In this document: piece by piece, positions 53,285-64,000 of the stretch
Layout: each line of letters begins with the position of its first letter
Position numbering within the stretch: the stretch's first letter is position 1
Assembly: GCA_040954595.2 (NCBI GenBank)
Contig: CM082584.2
Coordinates: 6,452,110-6,516,109 of the forward strand
DNA from: Balanoglossus misakiensis
Taxonomy: Eukaryota; Animalia; Hemichordata
Direction of reading: 5' to 3'
Length of the DNA: 64,000 nucleotides
Position numbers and translations under genes: made by a program
Notes under the pieces: generated by a model
Told to the model about the DNA's origin: nothing
Seen by the model: only the letters and a program-made list of their open reading frames with translations
Databases searched by the model: none

Positions 53285-53996
53285 ATTGATAAGTGGTCGA
53301 TTGGTTTGTACTTGGTGTGGAAAAAATAGCATTTTGAGATTATTTTGTTACTGTGGGTATTATACTAATTTAGACATCAAGAAAGGATTTTTCTGCGTGG
53401 AAAATATCTGGATAGATCTAGAATTGCTTTGACCAATCTCAATTGAAGACACTTGCTTGATTATGGAAACACCTGTCCAAAGGGAAGTGGATTTCTCTGA
53501 AAATGGCAGAGATGGTTGATGCCAAATGGGACAGGTGTGCTGAATGATGAAAGAATTCAGGATTTGATGATGGATTATAATGTAGTGTATGGTATTTGCT
53601 GGATTAGATGGATGAATTGATGGCCGGATAAGATGGACTGATAGAGATAGAGTGATAATGGGGGGAGTGGATGGATGTACATGTATTGATGTATCAAGGA
53701 AAGTCAGCACCGAGAATGGAGTACTGGTACATGGACCAATAGTTTAGGTCTGTTGATGAGATAATGGTGCCTTTATCGGTTTCAGGTCTGATGAATGGAT
53801 GGATGGGCCAGGATTTCGAGAGATGGGGGAGGGTAGATTAATTGATTAATTTAACAGAGTGGCAGCTAGATATTACACATTATGTATCTTTCATAGCTTA
53901 ATTTCTAATGGAGTTGCAGGACAGAATTAAGTTCCTGCTGACTTTTTAGCTCCAAAGTACCACAGGTATGGTATTATTTCTTTTTGGATACATGTA

Positions 53997-54179
53997 CCGT
54001 ATAGAAAAGCCTGTTTAAACTGGACACGAAAGGGACTGAAGAATTTGTTTGGTTTGCAGAGGTGTCCAGTTTATAGAGGTTCTTTCAAAATGTGCTTCTA
54101 TGTCTAAGGGACTGGAAAATGTGTTCGCTATAGACAGGTTTCCAGATTAGACAGGGTTCGGATTAGACAGATATTACGG
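53997..54179. mobile_element. Degenerate TA-flanked MITE with subterminal repeats
   Basis: TA-CCGTA ... TACGG-TA. TAGACAGG subrepeats resemble those of the 33336 element. Confidence 0.55.
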
Positions 54180-54890
54180 TATGAAAAAGAACAATCTAGC
54201 CCGGTATTTGCATTAATTTCGTGCCAGTTAGGAATTCAAATTATTCTAACAATAGCGACTGCCGGTTGTCTGTTCACTTGCATTAGGAATGTATGTTGGG
54301 TTTATCTGCATGGAGGAGACTTCATAGCTGACTGATGGATATTGTACAGCATGGGTATAGATTATAAAATTTACTGATGACTACCGGTACCTATATTACT
54401 ATCATGGTTTATTATTAGTGCAAATTCACAAGCACAGAGTTTTATCTGCCTCCTGCTATTAAATTATCACCTGTTAGTTTGTGCCGTGATGAGACCATGT
54501 AGTGTCAATTTAGAATTAGCGAGATGGGCAAATTGGAAAATTTCATCATCAGTTCTATAGCAAACTGAGCATGTTTATTTATAATTAGATTGGAATGGAG
54601 ATTCGTGACGAGACATGCTAATTAGTGAGTTTTCTATCATTCCGATGATGTGGGCCTTTTGAAAGACTTGGTTTGCGTTTTCCATTTGATAAAAAAACTC
54701 GTTTTAAGAGTTGAATTCATCTGATGGAATTGTTTGCGCTCCTTATACACTGAAGTGGATCTAGTCAATTTTCTGGCCATGGAATGTGAAGTGGTTTACA
54801 AATCTGCACCTGTAGTTTGGACAAGTGTTTAGTATCTGGCATCCTTTGTGAAATTTAAAAAGCTAATTATCATTCAGTCTTCAGAGAATA

Positions 54891-55100
54891 CTGTAAAACA
54901 CTTTATTTTCGCGAGCAATAAATGTTCGCGACATTCGCGAGAGCCAAAATAGCGTAAAAATAAAAAGTCGCGTGATATTTTTTTTGAAGATAACGATGCA
55001 GTGAATGAAATAAAAGAACGGGAAAATTAATACTCGCGAAAACAGTGGCCTCTCTCGAAATTGTGAAAATTTCACCTCGCGAAAATAAAGTGTTTTACAC
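54891..55100. mobile_element. CTGTAAAAC MITE (TA TSD), opposite orientation
   Basis: TIRs and flanking TA; reverse-complement homolog of the 17132 and 52703 copies. Confidence 0.9.
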
Positions 55101-58100
55101 TATTTTAACTATGAAGCAAATTACTTAAGACTCCCATCGCCAGAGAAGTGTTCTGACTAGAAGTTCTCATGGAATTACCAAAGCATGAATGAAATAACCC
55201 CGATGATCCTTCGGTGCATTAATTTCTTCTTCCTTCTGTCTTTCAAATGTTGGCATTTACGGGCACACTCTGCTTTTTTTTAAGAACAAAGGAAATCCCA
55301 CCTGGAGGCATTTTTGCACCAGGCCAGCATTTCTGGGCCAGGGTGTGGGAAACAGCATTTTCCCTTGAAGGCCTTTGTGTGAATGGTGATTGCGTTGCAA
55401 AGCCAGGTAGCAACGGTTCCACTCGCTTGGCTGTGACAGCCAGCCATCCATAACAGCAGTGGCCCGACTTAGATTATCATTGTCCGGTCCAACCAGCCAT
55501 TGGATACCTTGCGGTTTTGTGTGTGTGTGACTGTCGCGTGAAGCAACTGGCTTTTATGCACATTCTTCATCTCAGCTATAACTTCAGGATGTGTGTTCAA
55601 GTAACCGTGGCGCGCATGTCGAACTGGTGTCACTAACAGAGCCACGTTTGACAAACATCTTGTTTCTCCAGTATAATTTCATCCCGGAATTCAATCGGCT
55701 ACATATCCATTCCACTGGAGCCACCGTGATAAATATTCTGCATTAATTCACAGTAATGTCACGACCGCTAATACTTGTCAAAATAATTAAAACAAAAAAG
55801 TTGACACGGTTATCAGATCCAGTGACAGGCCCCCGGATGCACCCCTGGGAAAAAAATGAAGTCTTTATTATTTCGCAAAGATGAGCAGCTGACGTGTCAA
55901 AGTTTCACCTGTATGTGTTCGAGTATTGACATAACTGTCATATTTGTTCAGGGGTCTGTTTGAAAATCACTTAGACCCATGCAGCCATTGGGGCTGTCTT
56001 TCAATTTAACTGTGACAGGCGAGATTTCAGACAAACAAGCTTATTTGCCAGGCCAGCGGTATTCAGTGCCGTTTAGTCAAACTTTATAGAATGTGACGCA
56101 AGCTATTATCTTTAAATAACAGTTGTCAATCTACTGTGATGAAAGTTACATTGTCCATAGTATTACAAGAAGTTTACGCCACATATTGCACGCTAGCGTT
56201 CACATCTGTCGTAGAAAAGCATCATGGATCTAGAATTGAAAACCTGTGTCGTTTGCATCAGAACTGTACCTTTTAAATGATCTGGAGGCAATTATCTTTT
56301 AAATGTGCAATTTCCTGTATCGTGGCTTAGCAGACACCTTCTGCTCACGGTACGTTAATTTTTATGCCAGCAGTTTTTGTGCAAATGGATCATGTATCGG
56401 AATATAGTCAAAACAAAATTCACCTTTTATATTTATTATCTGCTAAAAAAATGATAAAAGTAACTGTCAGTGCCAGAATTTTGAATCACGATTTTTCAGA
56501 GGCATTTAATTGCTGCGAAGTTGGAATCTTACCAAGTTGCTCAGCATGAGAAAAGATTGTTTGTGAGTGTGAACGTTCTATGAGGCACGTACAGCCTCCG
56601 AGCTCTGCAGTTTCTTGTGGGGTACGTAACATCCTGCGAAACTGTGTCTGCAATTTTCCCTCCAGTCTTCACATAGAGAAAAGTCAAAGAAACAGTTTTG
56701 AAAGGGTGTTGAGCAAGACTTAATCACTGCTTGAATTTCAACCAGAAATCATGCAGTGTTTTTTTCCACAATATTGCATAGAAATTGATCTGTGAAAAAT
56801 ACATGTCACATGACCACTGATAGCTGTTTACTCTACACGATAATAGCCTCCCCCCTACTTTTGGGGGTTGGGGGCTTTGATAATTGACAGAAAACTACAA
56901 TTCTTGAAAGGATGGATAAGTTGTGTACGTTGCATCGTCAAGAATGAAATGGAAGGCCTGTGGTATAATATACATGTACATGTACTCCTGCACAGACTGA
57001 AGAAGTGAAAAAAGCTTGTCAGAATAACACAAACAGTGTAAAATTGGAATTGAACCGCGGTGAACTTTCCTGGAGCCTATTTGACGGCCGTAAATTGTTC
57101 CAAGTAGTGCTTAGAGACACAGACATAGACGTGGTTAAATTTCACAATCCCCCCAACTGTGGTCAGGATTGTACGGTGTCGGTGGTGATCTTATTAGCAA
57201 TTAAGGGTAATAGGGAGCAATTTGATCAGAGACATTGTTTTTCTTTTCTAAAACTCGCCAACGCAGTGTGAAGACTTTGGTGTCAAGCTGTCTGTTTTTT
57301 TGGTATATGCTTGATTCAGCAACAATAAGTTTGATAGATCAGGTTGGAGGAGAATTTTGTCTTTTGATGTGCAGTTCTTTTCTGCATATCTCCCTATAGA
57401 AGTGCAAGAGTGTTGATACGTTTATATCTTTTATCACTTCAGTAAGTTACTTTGGGACCATGCAACTTTCATTTACCAGAGAAGAAGATAGCGCTTTCTG
57501 AATTCAATAATCATTCTCATTTGCGACGTAATTTAGATGATAACCTTTATCCCCATGATGCACTCCCTGCATGACATGCTCGATATCTTCATGATGACGT
57601 CATGTCGATATAATTATGTCATTTCTATCATTCCACAGTTTGAAGTACACGTCAGAGATATGAATGAAATACCAGCCCTTAATCATCTGGGATTTTAATT
57701 CTGCGACACAGACAGATCCTCTTTAGAATCATTGAATAACTATTAGATACGTCTTTTCATGCTGTGTTTAATGAAAGACGCACCCTTAAACTACTCGAGA
57801 GTTAGCTTTATGCAACAATTTCTTTAAGAAACTATTATCCATCCTTCAGTTTTGTAGGGCAGTTTCTCTGTGTGAGGCCAGTCGCATCGAGAGGAGATCA
57901 AGAGTGGTGCCAGTTTAAAGAGATATTCGTGTTTCCGGTCCTTACACACACACAAAAAAGGTTGCTTTAATCGTAATCTGGGTCAAACAGGATGAAATGG
58001 TTATAAATGCGTCCACAGTGAAATGGTCAGAAATAAAATGGCAACTGGGCATCTGAGGTTACTTTGAAATAGTTCAGCTCTGTTTATTGTGGTATACATG

Positions 58101-58241
58101 TAAAAGTGTTCCCAGCATGCATCTTACAGGGTTTTAAACGTGACACATTTCAACACTTGTGAAATACATGATTGATAGATGTCAAGAAAGTTTGCTGACA
58201 AGTTTGGTTTTGGAGTTTCATCAGAAGAGTGTCCAGTACTA

Positions 58242-58472
58242 GTCAGGTCAGAGGTCAGCATCTGACGAAAATCACGACGTCATAACTCTTATTCAAGAGA
58301 CAGGGTTTCAACGAAATGCCGGCGTCTTTACTGCCAGTCTTGGCTGTTAAACAAGAGCGGAGAGTGCGCGTAACCTGTCAAAACTGTCTGCAGGGGGAAT
58401 TCGGTGATTTGTGTCCCGAGGCTTAGAGGTATGCGACGGGACTGAAATACTTGACCAGTCAATCAACATGGC
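58242..58472. promoter_or_regulatory. Right-arm copy of conserved block 1 with DR1 AGGTCAGAGGTCA (58245-58257)
   Basis: Reverse-complement match to 951-1182. Confidence 0.7.
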
Positions 58473-60940
58473 ACGAAAGTCATGGTGACAGTTGAAGGAA
58501 ATCTATAGAACTTCAAAACAAAAACATTTCCTAAGAGAGAGATATTTAATTTTTTATGAAGTCTGAACTTCAGCTTTGCCATGAACTTGTGAGCGATCAA
58601 TATTTACATGTGAACAACATTGTACTATTAAAGTTGTATGTCGCATTACCCATATGTAGAAACCAGATCACACCTGCCCACATGTACATGTACCAATGCA
58701 GTTGTTTTGACAGAAAATATTATTTTGGGACCCATATAAGTCATTGTAAAAAGTCAAACTACGTCCAAATCTTTTTTTGGTCATACATGTTTTTGATTGG
58801 TCAAAAAGGTGTCATGTGACTCTTTTGATAGTACTGGAACTGTACAGTCATTGGCCGAAAGTGTCATAAATTATATCCTTCTAGAGGAGACATGGTTCAA
58901 GGAGGATTAATATTTGTAGCAGTGTACTATGTTTGGTTTTCAACATCAAAACTAAGCCTGCAATTTACAAAAGATAAATTTTGTTGAAGAGACTGTCAAT
59001 TGGAGTGTGTACATTATAGTGAACAGGTTTGAACAGTAAATTTAGCATGAAGAAATATTGCAACTGATCAAATTAAACATTTAAAGTCAAAGGGATATAC
59101 ATGTACCTGTATTTGTATAAAACTAAACTGATGAAAGTTAAATGAAATTAACTTGCTTAATATAGCAATTTAAAGGCTGTAACTCAGTCTAACGCCTGAG
59201 TGAAACTATGAACACTGTAAAGTTTGAATAGTCAGAAGAGTTTATGATGACAGGAGCATTTCAAACTCCCTGACAACAAATTAAATACTGTACTGCCATT
59301 GCAATATATGCATGCTTACTTTGGAAAATAACTGTTGCCATCATACAATTGACAGATAATATTTGTTGGAAACTTTTTGAGGACAACTTAACCTTCTGTA
59401 AATTTGTCTTGTAAATGGGTGTTTCTGAGGATTCAAGTTCTGGTTGATAAAAGCCTGACAAAATACACTCACAATAGTTTTAAATTTCCTTAACAACATG
59501 CTAGAATGTCAGAATATCGATTACATGCTGGTATGTCAAATTTTATGTACGTGTCATGGTATTAAAGCCCAATATGCCGCATGATTTATGGTTTTGGAGG
59601 TTTGTTGACAACATGACGAGCAAATTGTTGGATTATTTTTAGCCTTAATTATCCGGAATTTCATCCTGGATTCCAAAGGCTATAATTAATATTATCATAC
59701 CAGTATAATATTTTGTATATCCACTGTCTTATTCTACATATTCATAACCGGCAATGTTGATCGTTGAATTTTAGTCAAGACTGAAATTCAATGTCAATAA
59801 TAGCATTGCTGGTTATATGTTAGATACCTTGTTGTCAAGCTACTTTTAGAAGAAGGCATTTTAACATGCTTAAAGGTACATCGTAGTAGAACAAGAAACT
59901 GATATTGATGTGCAGTCACCTAATAATCATCAGAATTTACAGCAACTGTTCCTTTAATGTTATGGCAGTTAGGGCATGGCTCGCTAAGTTGCGGAAATCA
60001 CACAAACCCACAGCCTCAATGAAACTATCTCACATTAGAAAACATAGATTCTGATGCAGTCAGCAGAGAACGTACTACAAACAAGCCTCTCCTCTAAGCT
60101 ATTAAAGCATTCTCAGACTCTAAGCAGACCCAGCGCATCATCTCTATACAGGGATTAATGCCAACGAAATCCACTCTGTATAGCGGTGATCAGTGCTGGC
60201 CACACGGAATATCAATAGCAATTACTCTAATCCTGGGGAGACGTCAGTCCTCTTTTACACCGATGCCTCAGCCAGACACCAACACATTCAACTCATGGGA
60301 AATTACGCAGCATTATCTGCCGGTCAATTACATCATTTTCACAGCATCGGAGTCGATCGGCTTATAAGGGCAAGGCTGCCTAAGACTCTGGCCACAACCT
60401 CTGCTCTTTCTCTGATCAGTCTATTTGACCTCAGATGAACTCTGGTGACCTGTGATGTTCTCCAGCCAAGTCGTAAACTTTTAAGATTTCCTCACCATTA
60501 ACTTCGTCCAAGGCTTTGCTTATACTGTTATAAATGAATAGTAAACACCGTTCAGCTACGCTGTTGTTTTGGTGAAATTACTAAACTATTGAAAGGGTGA
60601 AGAAAATATTTTGCAGACTTTTAAAAAGCTTCAAGTGCTCATGCTGCTGTGACGTAGACTCATCATTAGATTTAAGAGTTTTTTTTCTGATTTGTGTTGT
60701 AGCCATTGAGTGGTAAATGCCTTTTGACCAAGACTGCGTGCGTACGTCAAAGGAAGCATGGCAAGTCTCAGTGCTGATTTATTTAAGTAGATTGGAACCA
60801 TCAGTATGGTACATGTTCTTGTGTCTCCCAGGAAATGAGATTAAAAAATTTCTTCACAGCTTAAACTGAAGAAATTCCGTTCCTTTTCTTTCTTCCAGAT
60901 TTCTTTAGTGCACCTCTGGGAAATGTGAGCAACTGCCAAA

Positions 60941-61028
60941 ATGCACTTGATGAAGATTAGCATCGCTGTTGCCATAGCGATCGCCGTGGTAGCAGGGGAT
61001 GATGGCTCCACATTGGCAAATAAGACAG
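60941..61028 (+). CDS. FGFR-family gene, first coding exon (signal peptide MHLMKISIAVAIAIAVVAG...)
   Basis: Strong acceptor TCCTTTTCTTTCTTCCAG ending at 60898, start context GCCAAAATG, hydrophobic core, and phase-1 donor CAG|GTAATT compatible with the next exon. Confidence 0.75.
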
Positions 61029-62782
61029 GTAATTGACTCTTGTGGAGATATTGTTTGCGTAACTCCATCAAAGTAGACAATTGACCGCTGTAGACCTCCT
61101 CTATGCCACCACAGAATAAACTCTATATTCTTCCATCATTAAGTGTAATCCAGACTTAGCACCATGCTTTCACGCTTACAAGTTTTTCCCATCAATTGAG
61201 AAGGCCAGCTCTTAGAGGGCTATAGTTGAAATGCATACCTGTGAGGTAAATTGCTATTTGTTTTGTAAGTTCACAGAAAAGGTAACTTTAAATACGCCTT
61301 GCAGAAATTTTCCAAGAAAGCTATCATATGTCCCTCGATCGGTACTATTATAAAATTGTGCTACTTATACTGTATGATTCAATTACTTATTGCCGAGAGG
61401 GGCAATTTTTTTTCTTCAGATTTTGAACACTGATTGTCCTGTCTACCTTTGGTTGTTGAATGTTATTTGTTGCAGTGTGCTTTTGTTATAGTCTGAAAGA
61501 ACAACAGTAAGGCAGGACTTTTTTTCTGCCCAGATATGAGTTTTTATGAGCTGTTGCCATAGAGTTTTCAGTATGGCACATTTCAGAAAAACAAATAGCA
61601 CTGGGTATATTGGCTTGCTGTTTGGAGTTGAATAAGAAATTGCTTTTGGTACACTGAACAAAAATACTCAAAATATAGAGCCAAAAGTTTCAGGTAATGT
61701 CCCTTTAAGGTCAAGTGAAACACGATCGATGTGCCACAGTTTCCCATCGTGGAATCCATGCGAGTCAGTAACAGGGAAAACTGTTTCATTCTGTCTGCAA
61801 AGCAGCTAAGTAATGCTGTGATTACGTAGACACACGTACACCAAACTCAAATGAGTTCTTTTCATGTAAAAAAATTATGTATTTCGCAAAATTAAGGCAA
61901 CGTGCAGTCACTTTTGTGTGAGAAGCAAATTGCTGGCTTGATGAAATTTGAACCATTTTCCAGTGAGTATGCATTGGCATAGAAGCTACGCCACTTTGCA
62001 CAAAAATTTGGCAACTGCTCACAGCGGGCAATTCGGCGAACGACATGATGAAATTGCGGAACATTTTCAATTTGCAATCGTGAAAGTCACATTTTACTAA
62101 CAAGAAAACTCCCCCACTTTCTCTCGCAGAAGTTGAAATGGCTCATTAGAGACGGCACAATGGTCAAACTCGCTCTTAGTCGGAGCGAGCGTCTAAAGTT
62201 TCATTTCGCTGTCGCGTCTTGAAAGAGAGTTTGTGTCAAGAAGAGTTTCTCATTTCAGAAACGGAATGTACCATTATTTCCGGTTGATCAGAAATTCACA
62301 GGAGCGCACATCTTTCGACAATTTTGGAAATGTCAGTTAGATTTCAGCCAAGCCCGACTGAATTTGTATGTCCTGGCGCCGTTGCCTAATGATGCTGTAC
62401 AGCAGTTTGAATACCTTGTCAAGGGATATGATGTTGGTACTGAGTGATTTTTGCAGTATTAAAAAAATCCATGATATCCCCAGAAAACAACCGAGCAAGT
62501 AAATGATTGGTCGTCTGTATAACTTATCAGCCAATCAGTGCCCATTGTTCGGTATCTTCGCATAGCAACCACCAATCACTGATGGTACAGACTAAGTGAC
62601 TCTTCCATCTCTGAAAAAAACCCTCATGATATCCCCATATCCCCAGGAAACAGTAACCAATGGTTACTGTTTTCTGCAGGAAAGCAAGTTACTGATTGGT
62701 CATCTATCATCCAATCAGTGCCCATTGCCATTGCACCAATCACTGATCCTAAGTATACCGATATATATGCAAATTTTTCTAG

Positions 62783-63060
62783 TTTCAGACGACAATAACA
62801 CCTCAGAAACAAACACAGAAGATTACCATATTAATGAGGATTCGGCGTTGGCCATGGAAGAGGAAACAGCCACTCTGGATGACGGTCCCTCCTCCCCACA
62901 GTGGATAAAATACTGGAAGATGGAGCGAGACCGGTTCAAAGTCTCACTGATGTGGAAGTCAGTGAGTTTCCGTTGCGGGGCGCACGGAAATCCAGCACCC
63001 AGAATTGAATGGTTTAAAGATGGGATTCGCGTCAATGAAACAAGACGGACTGGTCAAAAG
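62783..63060 (+). CDS. FGFR: FGFR-family gene, acidic linker plus first half of an Ig-II-like domain; gene continues beyond the window
   Basis: PQWIKYWKMERDRFKVSLMWKSVSFRCGAHGNPAPRIEWFKDG...RTGQK aligns with vertebrate FGFR Ig-II (PYWT..EKMEK....PAAKTVKFKC...G.P.P.LRWLKNG...RIGGYK). The phase-0 donor AAG|GTGGGT is at the equivalent position. The kinase domain is not in the window, so an FGFRL-type gene is not excluded. Confidence 0.8.
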
Positions 63061-63133
63061 GTGGGTATTCCAAAGTTCATAATCCATCTTTTGTTGATTT
63101 ATAGAATCAAGTCAACTGGCTAAGTTTTTAATA

Positions 63134-63229
63134 CTGTTAAACGGGAAATTTTCGCGAACGATAAATTTTCGTGAACTTCGCGAGAGCCAGTTGGCTCTGT
63201 TGATATTGCGAACATTTCCCGTTTTACAG
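63134..63229. mobile_element. Short TA-flanked MITE related to the CTGTAAAAC family
   Basis: TA-CTGTTAAACGGGAAAT ... ATTTCCCGTTTTACAG-TA. Confidence 0.75.
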
Positions 63230-64000
63230 TACATACACAGTCATATAACATCAGTTAAAGTCATCAGAACAACGACTTTTCTGAACTTCACAATGCATGA
63301 GCGAGGGACTTCAAGTTAATGGCTGGTTGGAAAATTTGTCTAGCTGGCTTGGGCAGTAAATGAATCGGAGAGAATGTTTTCTTGGAATGGAAATTTCATA
63401 ATTATGTTATTTTCACTGAAATTTCACGACTGACTAGCACTTCATTCTCCACAAACTGCGCTAAAACTTTGCCATCTTTGTGAATGAATGCATCAGTGGA
63501 GAAATCTCCACCAAGCATAGAGCCTCAGGTTTTTTTTTTCGACCAACATTACGATGACTTACACACTTTCCACATAAACATGTTTCCAAAAGTCATCACA
63601 TGGCTGCTTGGAGAAATTTAACACGTTTTGTCCCCCCGTTTTGAATCCATTCAGCCAAAATATAATCATTCTTGTGGTGTAGAGTTTTGCGTTTAATCAT
63701 CGTGCAGTATTGGAAATGCGTGCATTTTCCATTACACAGTGTCTAAAATCAATCTACTGCTAGCACCGTGAGATATAGGTTTCTGTTCAGCAGTGAAATA
63801 GCAATCAGTGTTCACATCTAAGAATTAATACTCGGGTAATACTCAGTAGATTCATGATTCCTCAAGCCAGTTTTAAAAATGTAGCCTTCTGAGATGATGA
63901 AGCTCTCTTGTTGTAGGGCCCGTTCTTCAACTTAATGCATCATCTTTTTCCCCCCATATGTGAATTTAAATAAAACGTAAAAAACAGTATGATCATAAAT

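Overview
AT-rich eukaryotic (animal) genomic DNA, not prokaryotic. It is probably an invertebrate deuterostome. A hemichordate is plausible because hemichordates are reported to have a lineage-specific FGFR-A duplication, but that is inference. The main structure is a decayed inverted duplication covering almost the whole window: left arm ~1-30430, right arm ~36400-59250, unique spacer ~30430-36400. The right arm is the upstream region, promoter and long first intron of a + strand FGF-receptor-family gene, with a signal-peptide exon at 60899-61028 and an acidic-linker/Ig-II exon at ~62783-63060. The left arm is the mirror-image 5' region of a presumed paralog running off the left edge. Most of the arm-to-arm similarity is weak and gapped, but four 230-390 bp islands are near-identical (one has 4 mismatches in 245 bp), and two multi-kb intronic blocks are in swapped order between the arms. 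The spacer holds a complete LRRC42 gene (- strand, 430 aa) whose stop codon comes from a MITE. Also present: a tRNA-Gln(TTG) abutting a decayed LINE reverse-transcriptase fragment, many MITEs (TTAA, TA and TTA target sites), tandem duplications and microsatellites. All alignments were done by eye; identities are approximate except where mismatch counts are given.
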